Made by a program: the position numbers and the translations under genes
Source of the DNA: Phoronis australis
Taxonomy: Eukaryota > Animalia > Phoronida
Assembly: GCA_002633005.1 (NCBI GenBank)
Contig: NMRA01000185.1
Span: forward strand, 403,921 to 467,920
Reading direction: 5' to 3'
DNA: 64,000 bases
Notes under the pieces: generated by a model
Database searches by the model: none
Told to the model about the DNA's origin: nothing
Seen by the model: the letters and a program-made list of their open reading frames with translations, nothing else
In this document: positions 11,501 through 23,172 of the stretch, one piece after another
How positions within the stretch are numbered: the stretch's first letter is position 1
Layout of the letters: every line of letters starts with the position of its first letter

Positions 11501-14500
11501 ATGTATTGTCTGGAGCAATGTAGTGGTTGTTGATGGCTACATAGAATGTTGTGAGTGTAGCTCAGTAAGTATGTCTGACCTGGTAGTGCCATCTATTGTG
11601 TTCTGTCTAAAGCAGTGTAGTGGATATTGAGGGCTGCACAGGGTGTTATGAGAGGACCTCGGTGAGCACCTCGGTGAGCACCTCGGTGAGTATGTCTGAC
11701 CTCATAAGACCAACTATATAGCATTGTAGTGGCTATCAAGGAAAGCACGAGGTATATTAGAAGCACCGCTATAAGTATGGCTGCTGCTCTTTTTCATGTT
11801 GCATAATGTAACTTCTCTCAATCCCATCCTGGTTTTAAGGTTGCTGTGTTGCAAGAACTAGTCACAGGTGAAGTTATATTGAGCTCAGCGTCAAGGGTTG
11901 AACTTCAGAGTAAGGTAAAATAGGATGGAAGTACAAAATAACACCTTTGAGCTCCATTCTGACCACTGTACAGCCATACATAACAAGAAGTGTTAATATG
12001 CCTTGTTTCAGGAGTTGATTTTTTGTGACTGTTGAAATATTGTGTAAATCAAAACATTAAGGACTTGCCATGAGGCTACGGGATATCACAAGATGTTAGT
12101 CAGTATGCTCTTGTTGTGCCTTTAACAATTTGATGATTCGCTTCTCCGAATTTACCAGATTATGTTTTTCTCTGGAAAATGTATTTTGTCATTGAAATGA
12201 AATAATTTAATGCAATTTTATTACTACTTGTTAATTATTAGGCAGAAACAATTTCACGTCTGACACTAAAAAATTATTTTCCTGAAAATTTGATTTTGAA
12301 TCAAGATTATATCACCTTTAAGAAATGTGTAATTGTGCTAAGTTATAGAAAAGTTAACACATAAAGAGATGACTTTACAAAAAATGATTGTGAAAAATTC
12401 ACCTTCTTTGGTAGTGTCCCACAGATAGCACCTTGAAGATGTTAAAGCTGTCATTGTCTTTATTAATCCTCGTAGACCTGCAGTGCCAGCGCAACTAGCA
12501 GTTCCAGCGTCTGTACCAGCACAGCCCCTCGTTCACCTGAAGTAAGACTGAGCCTCTCCCCTCGGTCAGGACAAGGTAGTCCCAAGGCTACAGACGCAGC
12601 AGTCGACCTTCTCTTACCCATCTCTCCAAAACCATGTGGTTCGAAACAAAAATCTCAACCCAGTAAGTGCCGTTGGTCAGTGTACTGTTAAAGCGAGGTG
12701 ACACGCGCTTCCAGAGCACATAAAATCTGCAATTTGAAATGGTTTCTTCTGCCCTTGACATACATCTGTGTCCCAATATAATAGATTGTGATTAACCATT
12801 GATATACATATGTGTACCACTGTAATATGTGGTGTAACTTGGCGTTAATATACGCTTTTCCCTTGTGTAATCGAAAGTGAGCCTAGTTATGCACCCACAA
12901 TCTCGCAATTAGCTTGATGTCCCAATTTTTTGTCGACCTGTATTGTTATTTTCCTGAAGCTACCAGAGTTGGGTATTCTTGTAGCCAAAAAATAATGGGG
13001 ATTCACACAAATTAATTACAGGTCAGAAGAGGCATTTATGGCAGAGCTCCTAAATACTCGGTTGAGTGACTGTTGGTCTGTGCTGAGCAGTATCTGATCT
13101 CTTGCTGTAGTGCCACCTCCCCTCACTGATTCTGTGGTATTACCCACAATGCTGCACACCAGTGTTACCTGCAGCCGTGCCAATCACCAGTTTACAGCAA
13201 AGCTATATAACTTTGACATTCGTCGTGCTCTTGTTGTCCCTCTATGCTCCGAAATGTTTACTTAGTAACACTTTGGCCGTTCGAGTATGTGATCTGTCAG
13301 ACGCTGCGTTTTTCTACCTCCATGAAAGCGAGTAGTAACTGTTGGTTTTAGAGATGGGAATACGGGTATATAATGTGTAGCGGTAGGATTTCATCTCTGA
13401 CCAAAATGTTAAAGGGACATTCTCAGTGAGAAAAGTAAATAAAAATTTTAAAGGAAAGAGCAGTAATGCAGTCTTGAACCCTATACTTCCGCTTTTGCAG
13501 CTGAATGCTCTACCGCTGAGTTAAGTCGTTAAATAGCAGAGTGTTTTAGCGGTGTTGAAATGGTATGCACTGGCCTTGATTTCAATGAATGTCTTGCAGG
13601 CAACAGCGAGAATTGGGGATTTATAACAAAATAACAAGAACACATTAATGAATTGTATTGTGTTTGAGCTGTGGTCATAGCAGTAACTTCAAAAACGTTT
13701 GACAATAATCACAAAATTGTGATTTTCAGACTGAAAAATGGTTAATGTTCCTTTAACGCTGGGTTTGACAGTCTAGCTTGAGTTTGTACATCCATTGAAC
13801 GGCGTCTCCCCCGTACAATACTTATTGGGCGGATCCAGAGAAGGGAGTCCAGATCCCCCCTTCTCGGTTAATTTCAGTGTAATGGAGGAATCACATACAC
13901 CCCCTATATTTGTCCTTTGTCTGACCCCCTGGACAAAATCATGTTAACACGGTCATTGTTTACTTATTTTGCACAAAAATAACTGCCAACTTTGTGAGTT
14001 TTCTATTATTCAGAAGTTGGTTAATTTGCTGCAAATAATAAAAACTTGATTAAATGTTGTTTTATGATATCTACACAGAATAAACCAATCTAGTAATAGA
14101 CTAACGTCTTTATTTCTATTGAGAAATTAAACAGAAACACTAATTTTGTCTGCCATATTGTGTTCTAAAGGTGTGAAGAACTGCAGCCCCTGACTTCAAA
14201 CTTTGCATTTTAGAAGTTAACTTGTTCACTGATTGCCTAAACCTGTTATGAGGTCCGACCACCAAGTTAGAACACCGGCCACTGGGTTTTGCAGTAAATC
14301 CAGCTGGTTTTGAAGTCCGACCAATTGTTGATTGTCACCTTGAATTAGAACACAATATTGTCAGAATAGTTATTAATTTAATCATGTCATGCTTGTCAAT
14401 TAGTAGCTATTCCCCACGACTGGCTGCAGTCTGACCTTTTGTCTCTTTTGCATAATTATCATGAGGAAATAAGTGGTCTTTGAATTCCCTTTCAAACATG

Positions 14501-16867
14501 CATTGTTTATGGTTGAGTAATGTTCTGCAAGGAGGAAATGACCTCTGTGGTCTAACTGTGGAGAGAATGGGATTTGATATCAAATGAGCACAACACAGAA
14601 CATCACAGACTCCAAGTTAGTAGTGATTTTGATTCCAGGTAATTGGCTGTGTCATGCTTTAGATAAACTGTGATCGCTCTATCCACCACTTTCATATGCT
14701 GCTTGGATTCTATTTGAAGAGGTTTTTCTATCTGATCTATGGGCAGCCATGTGGGCACTTGGTGAAGTTTTGAAGTCAAGGTTAAACAATAAGCATTATA
14801 GTGGCTGCCCATAGCTAGTCTGTCCTAAACTTTGGTATCTCTGGTCGTTAGATTCAACAATTATTGTCTACGAAATGGTTTGTAAATTTGGCTGAATTTT
14901 TTCACAAAGTGACGTGTCTTGCATTTGAAATTATTGAGGATTTCTGTTTTAAAGTGTTTTGTTTTGCGTTGTAGACTCGCCAAAGGCCATGACAGTATCC
15001 AGCGACAGTATGCTCACAGAACAGGGTGGCGTCCTGCAGGGTGCAGTGGGAGGAGCTGACTTTGATGAGACAGCGTCAATAATGAACCAGTTGCCTCCCA
15101 CTATGTATGGTATGGAAAAGATAATTTTGAAAGAAGGATAATTTTAAATTGTAGTCTACTCTGAAACAAATTCTGTAGATTCTGAGATCACCATTCTGCA
15201 CAAACATCAGGTGCGCTACCAAGGCTATCCTCACAAATGGCATCGAAAAATTTAGAACACTTCTCTTCGAAACGTAAATTTGCCTTCTACTTGTTACATG
15301 TGGACATGTACTTCTAGTGAACAAAAGAATCCCTTCTAATTCAAGAACAATGGGTGCAACGCTGTCAAAACAAATATGAAATTCATTCTGCCTTGTCATT
15401 GGCTTTGATTTGGGTTGAATACCCCGATGTTTAGTAGGTTATATGGGCTTCTGTGAGTTAGGTAACTACTTGTGCGAACAGGCTATTACGCCACCTATTG
15501 GCCACTACAGACTGTTGTCCTCTTTGGTTATCAGGAAATTTCGGTACATTGCTAATGATGATTTATTAAGCGAAACCTCCGATTGTGTCATGGAAATATC
15601 TATTTTACATTAACTAAGAATCTTTGTAATCTTTTTAAATGACAATCTGCGATCAACTTCTGTGTAGAATAAGTACTTCAGAATAAACTAGTCTGTCATT
15701 GTTGTCGCAAGATATGTCGCCAATTTGATTAATTAAAAGCTTTTTGAGACACGAAATCTTGTGCCGTCTAGAAGAGCTTTTGTTTCCAAAAGAAAGAACT
15801 AGAAGCCAGAACTATTGGGGAAGAATTTGCATAACAAGACTTCACCTGTTTGTACTACCAAATAAAGCAAAGGATATTGTGTGTGCGTTTCACCATAAAG
15901 TGGTTTGTTGGTCCATTCAAATCAGGGCTGTTCCAGTAAAATCTATATGGGAAGGGGGGGAAGGCACCTTTTTTTCGCACCCACCACCCATATTTTTCAT
16001 TTATTTCTTCAGCCTACCACCCGTAATTTTTTATAAGTTTGAAATGCAACCACCCGTAATTTTTTTTTGTTTTTGTGGTTGACTGCACAGGCACTTGAGT
16101 TTATCTGTTCCTCCATCACCACTAACGTCATTCATTACTAAGAAAACATATGTTTCTTATATACGGTTATTAGCCATCGAGAAATTCGAGCACTTGTCGT
16201 TAAATGGTGTTATGGGCATGTCGATGAGGAGATCGGAGGGAGTGAAAAAGTCGGAGCTTTTTGCAAGTTGCATTTTTGTTTCAGTTTTTGATTCGGTGCG
16301 GATTGTTTATAAAATTTACTAAAATTACCCACCATCAAACATTTGTGGCCCAATGAAACAACAACGACAATTTTTTTGAAGTACGACCACCAGCCATTTT
16401 GAATTTAAATCAAACGCAACCACCCATAAATTTTTATTTCAGTTGCCTTCCCCCCTCCCACACAGATTTTGCTGGAACAGCCCTCATTTAGTCCAGCAAT
16501 TTTGTGTTTTCGACTATCACTCCTTACTGACCAATACTTTTCTTTAATTAGCCTGCTGCAAATTACGCTTGCTTGCAGACATTACCTTTGGCTGTGGAAG
16601 GGCATGTGAATACAAAGAGGATTTTTTTTTTAACTCGGGTGTATCTTGTAACAATGGTGAAGGTAGAACACTGCAAGTTTTTTTGAAAACTTTTTAACTA
16701 CTGTCTTGTGACTGAAGTGTGCTCACATTTTGAAATTTTTTTCCCACTGCTCAGGTTTGAATGATTGGGACGAGGATGATGTCATCGCTCAGGTGATTGC
16801 CCAGTCACAGCAGGAGTACTTGGACAGTTTAAAGAGGAACAGAGTGACACCTAGGGACAACTGTTAG
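2112..16867 (+). CDS. OTUD5: OTU domain-containing deubiquitinase 5 (OTUD5/DUBA), 10 coding exons, about 503 aa
   Basis: join(2112-2528,3809-3902,5163-5227,6363-6519,8135-8283,9777-9839,11256-11387,12476-12662,14975-15109,16755-16867) = 1512 nt with consistent intron phases. Contains N-terminal [16 protein letters not shown], catalytic DGACLFRA and [20 protein letters not shown] and the C-terminal [27 protein letters not shown], all matching recalled human OTUD5. Confidence 0.96.
3215..3290 (+). pseudogene. Degenerate tRNA-like/SINE head
   Basis: taacttagtgg (A-box-like)...ggttcgaactcc (B box). Confidence 0.5.
3809..3902 (+). CDS. OTUD5: OTUD5 exon 2 (catalytic Cys loop)
   Basis: tttttcag|[31 protein letters not shown]|gtatgt. 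Confidence 0.95.
4340..4507. repeat. 33-bp minisatellite, 5 perfect copies
   Basis: (atgttacagtgtaaagtgcatactggcgtctat)x5; lies between imperfect inverted arms at about 4233-4280 and 4660-4710. Confidence 0.95.
5163..5227 (+). CDS. OTUD5: OTUD5 exon 3
   Basis: ctacag|(A)[21 protein letters not shown]|gtatgt. Confidence 0.95.
5750..6060. repeat. Dispersed repeat; inverted copy at about 47220-47520
   Basis: aaaggtcacctatttgcagaattttttgtttt (6015) is the near reverse complement of aaaacaaaaaatttgcaaataggtgaccttt (47222); similarity continues over about 300 bp. Confidence 0.7.
6363..6519 (+). CDS. OTUD5: OTUD5 exon 4
   Basis: tttttcag|[52 protein letters not shown]|gtaagg; absent from the ORF track. 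Confidence 0.95.
7312..7556. mobile_element. MITE family A (CAGGGCTTGGAA TIR), copy 1
   Basis: cagggcttggaa...ttccaagccctg; internal sequence shared with the 20079 and 53239 copies. Confidence 0.85.
7557..7960. mobile_element. MITE B with about 45-bp TIRs, abutting MITE A
   Basis: gcccggtctccaatctttatgctcaaaa...tttcgagtacaaagattagagaccgggccctg. Confidence 0.8.
8135..8283 (+). CDS. OTUD5: OTUD5 exon 5 (catalytic His)
   Basis: ttttag|[49 protein letters not shown]|gtaaga. Confidence 0.95.
8490..8560 (-). pseudogene. tRNA-derived pseudogene/SINE head
   Basis: Reverse complement tccccagtagctcagtggtaagagcactagaccggcagtctagagacctgtgcttcgatacccagttggg has an A box and an anticodon-like stem, but damaged T arm and acceptor stem. 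Confidence 0.6.
9777..9839 (+). CDS. OTUD5: OTUD5 exon 6 (GC donor; alternative in-frame GT donor at 9861)
   Basis: ttccag|[21 protein letters not shown]|gcatgt; matches recalled human FAEQSLMKNAIKTSEESWIEQ. Confidence 0.85.
11101..11270 (+). repeat. About 35-bp tandem repeat containing the OTUD5 exon 7 splice acceptor (5 copies)
   Basis: Units of ctct(t/a)ctatttca(a/g)accatgttac. Confidence 0.85.
11256..11387 (+). CDS. OTUD5: OTUD5 exon 7
   Basis: tttcag|[44 protein letters not shown]|gtaagt. Confidence 0.93.
11368..11785 (+). repeat. About 80-120-bp diverged tandem repeat containing the OTUD5 exon 7 splice donor (4-5 copies)
   Basis: Units of gtgtcgtgag..cagtaagtatg.ctg.cctggtagtgccatct..tctaaagcagtgtagtgg. 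Confidence 0.85.
12476..12662 (+). CDS. OTUD5: OTUD5 exon 8 (Ser/Pro-rich linker)
   Basis: cgtag|[37 protein letters not shown]...QP|gtaagt; phase 0 to 1; TCSASAT resembles human ATCSSAT. Confidence 0.8.
13413..13752. mobile_element. Kolobok-like MITE (TTAA TSD) containing a tRNA-like segment
   Basis: ttaa|agggacatt...aatgttcct|ttaa; minus-strand A/B-box-like taactcagcggtagagc...gggttcaag at about 13470-13530. Confidence 0.6.
14975..15109 (+). CDS. OTUD5: OTUD5 exon 9
   Basis: ttgtag|[44 protein letters not shown]|gtatgg; phase 1 to 1. Confidence 0.82.
15925..16483. mobile_element. PIF/Harbinger-like MITE, 3-bp TSD TCA
   Basis: tca|gggctgttccagtaaaatct...agattttgctggaacagccc|tca; TIR about 40 bp. 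Confidence 0.8.
16755..16867 (+). CDS. OTUD5: OTUD5 exon 10 (C-terminal UIM, stop codon)
   Basis: ctcag|[37 protein letters not shown]. Confidence 0.93.
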
Positions 16868-19800
16868 AAGTGCAGGCCAAGTGAACTCTGGGTGGTTTTT
16901 CTTGTGTGGTCAGACAATTGTGTACAGTCATGTAGTTGGGAAAAACGTAAAGAAAATGGAAGATATTTGGTAGATGTTGTTGTCATGTTGCTGGACAAAT
17001 AATTTCCTGACAAGCTGTTTCTTGGAAAATGCGGTTACGATGACGAACACATTCTGGTGAAGGACGGGTTTGGCACCAGTTAAGTCGTAGAATTAAAGCT
17101 TCTAATTGTAACATTTCATTCCTGGCAATAAGGAAGATAAGAATAATAAGAATTTGGTATCTTTTGGTATTTTGCGTAATATACTAAGAGGTGACTAGAA
17201 TAGTTTGAAAGATCTAGATCACAATTGTTGTGAAGTGTAAAGGAGGAATTAACCGAGATGTTGTGGTTTAGTATCAATACTTGTTTTTCATGATTTTAAC
17301 AACTTTCCATTGCGTTCCCGTAACTAGTCAGTGTTTCCGCTACATGTAAATTTTCTTAACTAACAAATTAAGGCAAAAGTAACATTTTTGAGGGTTGTCT
17401 CCAGTAAGTCAGAGGCCAGTATTTAAGCAAATCCATCAAGACTCGAGCCATCCGTCAAATCGTACATATGAGTGCAATACTCTTTTCGGCAGTTTATTCA
17501 TTTCCATTTCTGCTGTTCAAAAAACGTAGAAGTGTTTCAATCCAAACAGACATGTGTGTTCTTCATGCTTAAAACACAATTCAAATGTGATACTAGAACA
17601 TTCAAAGTTTTGATGTGCAAATTGTTATTAATTATTATTTTGTTAATTGATAACGTATGCACGTCCTAAGGCCCACAACTAGCGCCTCTGTTTTGTTGCC
17701 ATTCATACGATTTCAGTGACAAATTTTGCTTTAATTTTGCATTGTTAGGATAAATAGATTGTTCTGTAATGTGCGAGTTGGAAGTCCCATGCAGCGCTAA
17801 TAGGGCTGTCTCTAGTTACACAACGATGTTCGAATCTCGTCATATTTACCCACAATGCCACAATATCTATCAAGCACTTCTGTAGCCTGGTGTTTTCACA
17901 CCATTTGAGCTTCACCTGGTCTTTGTTGTTGTTTTTCTCAGTTGCATTACTCTACTCCTCCTTCCAATGCCAATGAAGTATTACTGTTGTGCTGGATAAA
18001 CTTAAAAAATATCCGTGTATGTTCGTCGCCTTCCTGACAGCAATAAAAGACAAGGAAATTTGGAGCGAGTGGATAAAGCATGTACCTTACACCAAAGCGG
18101 TTTCTGACACGACCTGTAAAGATGTGCCTGACATTCCAAAGCTAGGTCAATAACAACAACATGCTTTCTTATTTGCGATTAAGGAGAGTTCTATTGCTGG
18201 TAATCTGGGATGGCCCTATAGGATCATGCTGAAGTTTCAAAGTTGTCTCCCATGTATCAAGTTAGCGAATCAATGAACTTCATGTCTTTATTATATGTAA
18301 TTGGGAGTGGCAACTCTCTGTTGAGAAACCACAACAAAGGAATCCCCAAACATAACCAAAAGATGGTGCTGCATGGGGCTTCAACATTCCTAGTTTTCCA
18401 TATATAGTACTATGTCTGAGGTTGATCTCTGATGTAATTTTGGGGTGTATCAAACTGTCTGGGGCTCTATCTTAGTATCCAGTTAAAGGTGTCTGGGTCT
18501 CTGCAAGGGTGTGAAGTCGTGTCTTCATTTTGTGTTGTAATTCATTGATCATAGTTACGTTTTGAGCTGTAAAACCTATGATTTTTGGTTGCCCACGACA
18601 GTATGATTGTGCTTGCATATGAATGCGAGTATTGGTACACTTACTACATGGTCTGCTTGAAGGCCTGACTTATGTAAACGCAAAACTGCTCGGGCGTATT
18701 CAAACATCCAGGTAATCAACAGTAGTTGTGATGTGTTAGGTGCAATGTTTCTACTGAATGCGTTTGGTGGTGCAGGTGACTCAACATTAGATTCCCATTC
18801 ATGAAAAGTGATTTCGAACCCAAAATAAACGTTTTAGTCTTGCGTACCCTTTTTGCCAAAACTTGAAACCACTGTAAGTGTTAACACATAACAGTTCAGA
18901 TTTTTTAGAAATTATCGCGTTAATTGGCGATTTGGGATATCTTCTCCAAGACATTTCATGGAACCTGGCCCCGTTCGGTCTTGGTACCGTTATTGTGGCC
19001 AATGTTTGTCGGGTCGTTGGCTCTATCAGGAGGTTAATGTGAGTAAGGCGTCAACACGCGAGTGAAAGATTAGTGTTTTACAACTAAGTTTGCAACTCTA
19101 CTGGTATGTGGTGTTTTTCACTACCTGCTTTGACTCGTCACTACGCCAAGTTTGAATCTTGTGATAAACTTTGGCTCACTTGCTTCTGTTTGGAAACCTA
19201 TGCAACCAAGTTTGAAACATTTCTTAAGTAATTTAAGATGTTTTGGAAGTTTGGTATCATTTCAATGTGTTTATTCCAACACACATGTTAATCTTCTAAT
19301 TCCACTAGAGTTTGAATTTTCTGTTGTGGAGAACACTATATAGACAACCAAAAGGGCTCCATTGAAATGATCTGTTGACCGGGCTGCAGTAATCAATAGA
19401 AAAATTAATGTATTTCATAATTTGTTCCCAGCTTGGATGCTTTTCATTGATGTGTCTCAATTGTGATAAGTGACTGATGAGTAAATGCCATTTTGCAGAG
19501 CACTCATCATTTTGCAGTGTTGTAGGTTGGTTAAGGCTATTGAACGTATTCAGAGGGGTTTGAATAAGTATTGATGCACTGTTGTTACTAAGTTGAGAAC
19601 TCCTGCACCTTAAGTCCTCACAAGATTGGAAAATGTGCTCCGATCAAGCATCAACAAATAACTAAGATAATGCCCGTCTGCACTGTGAACTATAGGATAA
19701 CAAGAACACATTCAACAATTTTGTATTCCTGTCACAAAATTGTGCCATTGTCTGCAAAAACTCGTAAAAATTTGACCTCTAACCTACAACCCTGGTTCTG

Positions 19801-20078
19801 GCTGTGTAGTGCTGTTTCGTTTTCAAATGAGTGAATGTCAAAACTTGTCTTGTCGTGTGCTTGGCTTCAATGTAAGAAACTTGTTTTAGAGAAATTTTAC
19901 AGTTGTCTCTCTCACGGAGCAGGTCAGAGTGTACTATATAGTGTCTATCTTTGAAATTTATAGAGTAGTTGGGACTGTTAGGTTTAGTTGTCTATCTTGA
20001 TGTTCTGGGACCTGAGCACAGCACATGATCTTGTTTTTCTCACTTGATTTTTGAAGCATTAGATCAACTCGTGCAATA

Positions 20079-20294
20079 CAGGGCTTGGAATTTTCCTCTT
20101 TTGGTTTCAATGTCCTCTAATTTGATTTCCAGTTTCCTCTTTTGTATTATTATGTTGACTTTACGCATGCAAAAATGTTTATTTCAGTTAAATCTTACAA
20201 CACAAAGCATATTTCTATCACACAAGCCTATTTTTGGAACTATACATCACCTGGAAAAATGTTCTCTTTTTTGTCATTGGTCATCCAAGCCCTG
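20079..20294. mobile_element. MITE family A, copy 2, 6-bp TSD GCAATA
   Basis: gcaata|cagggcttggaa...tccaagccctg|gcaata. Confidence 0.9.
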
Positions 20295-21188
20295 GCAATA
20301 ACTATAGACTAGTCTGTGCATTCCATAGTATATCGTGTTAGTCATTTGTCGTGGTTTTGAACTCATGTTTTGGTATAATGCAAGGTAATGTGGTGCACCT
20401 TGGTTCATTTTATTCTGGTATACGTACTTTAGGTGAGAAAGTCTAAAATGTTTTAGTCTCATTCAAACTGGCAAGAAATACAACTCGGTTTCGTCGATAT
20501 CTGTGCCTTTTTTCTTTACAACCCCGGTTTGTATTGCCGTCTCAAATGTATAAATTGCTATGAATCGTTAGTTTGAGCCAAAAGCCTATTAGGCATGAAT
20601 TGAAAATGAAAATAGTTTACCCTTGTGTAACGGACTGAAAATGGACGACACTCAAAGTATTCGATTTGCAAGGTGGCAAAAGTTTTCGTCGGCTGTAAAA
20701 ACAATGGTGAAATATTTTACCATTTTAGTAGGCAGGGTAGGACAGAGACCAACCAAAAATATTTTGGGGCAGCACTATAGCAAAGTTGATTGCTGAATAA
20801 CCAATGAATGCAAGGCAATGTAATCTATTCCTTGCAGAAGCGAGCACGCAAGAGGATTTCTGCCGCAATTTTTGTCAGCCTTGAAGAAATTCTAACATTC
20901 AATTTTCTTAATAGAAATATCAAGTGTTTTAATTGCCAAGTTTAACAAATTGATTTCCTGTGTGGGAATTTATGATTTAAGAGAGTGAACCCTGTATGTA
21001 TTGCTAAAATTTGGAATAATTTTACAGAAATTCATGCAATTTGAAGTCATGGTTTAGATATTTCGGTTGTTGCACCCTTGTGGTTTTGGTGTCAATATTA
21101 TTTCTGTCTTCCAGATATAATGTAATGGTGATCAATTGTGTCGATTGGTGAAATTCTTTGTAAAGGAAACTTCACCTGTAAGATTATT

Positions 21189-21194
21189 AATAAA
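21189..21194 (+). terminator. Candidate distal OTUD5 polyadenylation signal (proximal candidate 18042-18047)
   Basis: AATAAA followed by a TG-rich tract (tattgtttgatgtctctgtt), just before CpG density rises towards PIM. Confidence 0.4.
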
Positions 21195-21289
21195 AATTTT
21201 GCCTCAAAATTCGATATTGTTTGATGTCTCTGTTCCTAGTAACTACCACTCGTTAAGATCAAGTTAAAAACACTCGGTAACATTAGTCT

Positions 21290-23102
21290 TCCGTTTACCG
21301 CCACCAGGTGTCGTGAGCAAAAATTAATATTTAGATGGTATTTCTGTCAATAGATGGCATAGCTGTAGGAACTGAACTCTATGACGGGTCAAAAATAAGA
21401 ACGCTCACCCAACCAGTTTTATTTTTTAGCAGCGTCATGAGCATACTTTTTATGCTTTGGTCTTGTACCATTAATTCGAAGATGTGAGAGATATTAGCTT
21501 GGAGGTGTAAAAATTTGACAAGTTAACGTGTTCGCAAACGGAAACTTACGCTTTCAAGTCCCTGGCAAAATAGGCCTAACACGGATGTTTCTTATTTTGT
21601 TACAAAATTCGTCAATGTGCCTTTGTACCTTTTGTCAAAATTCCTCATTCACGACTTCCTTGTAGAACAACTTCCTGAAAGTGCATCTTTACCGGCTAGT
21701 AAACTATGCATTGATATCAGAGACTGACAGGGTAATCCACAGGAAACGTTTACCCTATTATATCATCAGTAGTTTCGAATGAGTCAAACCCGAAAGTGCT
21801 TTCATACAGTAGAATAGTTGCTCGCTATTCTGTAAACAATGCGCGCTTGGCGACGAATTTTAGTTTTAGTTTCGTCATTTTCTTCAGCAGGAATTTCAAA
21901 GCGGACTTTCAAATTTATTTCTAGGGACATAAGAATTTGCATCCTGTTTTCACACGCTACTCGTGTCGTAGGTGATAACGTGATTCAAAGCTATTGGCGA
22001 GTCATGTCTCATGTCTTAGCATCGTCTAACAAACGAGTTTTTCACACCCTCGCTTATGAGTGCTGATGTGCGTTTCATGGCTTCCCGTTGCATTCATGTA
22101 CATTAATATTTCTTCTCGCGAACACAAGTTTATCTGGCTGAGTCAGAGCGCTTCGGCGATATAGGCATTCAGTACTGCCGAGTTTCGTAATCCGAAAATA
22201 TGAGCTGTCCAAATCGTTCCAGGGGCTCACACGGTTTTGTTTACGTTCATTAGTGAGTAACTATGAGTGGACAGTCTGATCAATGAGATTGGTCAACACA
22301 GCTCGTTGCCAGTGAAACCAAATTCAATATTGATGAGTTTTATGAGGTCGATAATCGCCACACATAGCGTTAGGTTTGTTGTGACTACTTAGAACTCACT
22401 TTTTTAATTTTGTTTGATTTGCCTATGTTACGGAACAATGTCCACGAACTGTTCTCATTTGGATAAAGACCAAAATATTATGAAACTCAATAGCTTTATC
22501 CCCGACAGTCCTTGACTACGCCTTTCAATTCCCTCAGTGACGTAGCTAAATCGAATTCTTTTGATTGTTATCAAATCAGAGCACAGTGCGCAAAAAGGTT
22601 CCTGGGAGCGATAACACAATTTTGGTTGGACAAAAGCCATACGGATACGCGCCAAAATTGTTGAGCACTGGTTGCTAATAACCGTTGCTACAATTGTACC
22701 CGTACACCTACCGACCAGCTATAGAAAAAAATCTTTAGTCCACGGCGTCCACAGCACACCTATGCAACAAAAGAATGTCCTTGTTCTCCGTTCCCGCCAA
22801 GCCCATTCAAGGTATTCGCGCTATTCGTCGCCAAGGACAACTCCCATTGGCTGAATGAATAGAGCTGTCAATCATGATTTCGAAAGTCGGTACAGTCCTT
22901 CCTCATTTCAACAGGCGGGCTGTGATTGGCCATTGCAGACTGTCTTTCACGAGAAAACGCGGTTGAACTGACTGGCCTCAAACTAACTTTCCCAGACTGT
23001 GTCACTGCGCTGATATAGTTCGCATGTCTGGTACAAATTTGGGAAAAAAATTTTGGTCTAAGTTGTAAACGTGTAACGAATTAAGTTCTTTGAGTTACAT
23101 AA
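21290..23102 (+). promoter_or_regulatory. CpG-rich PIM upstream/promoter region
   Basis: Visibly higher CpG density than OTUD5 introns; ATTGG (CCAAT) boxes at about 22846 and 22925; TGAGTCA at 21780 and 22139. Confidence 0.5.
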
Positions 23103-23172
23103 ATGGCGAAAAACATATTTAATCCGAAGATGCACAAAGAACGAGAAATTTCAAGTATTGGCATAGGGCCAG
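23103..23172 (+). CDS. PIM: PIM alternative first coding exon 1a
   Basis: aaATGG start; [23 protein letters not shown] then CAG|gtgagt donor; phase 1 matches exon 2. Confidence 0.7.

Noticed and set aside
21839-22380. Third coding first exon or uORF for PIM
   Set aside because: Donor-like sites at 22253 and 22374 give no open phase-1 frame with a start; a non-coding leader cannot be excluded.
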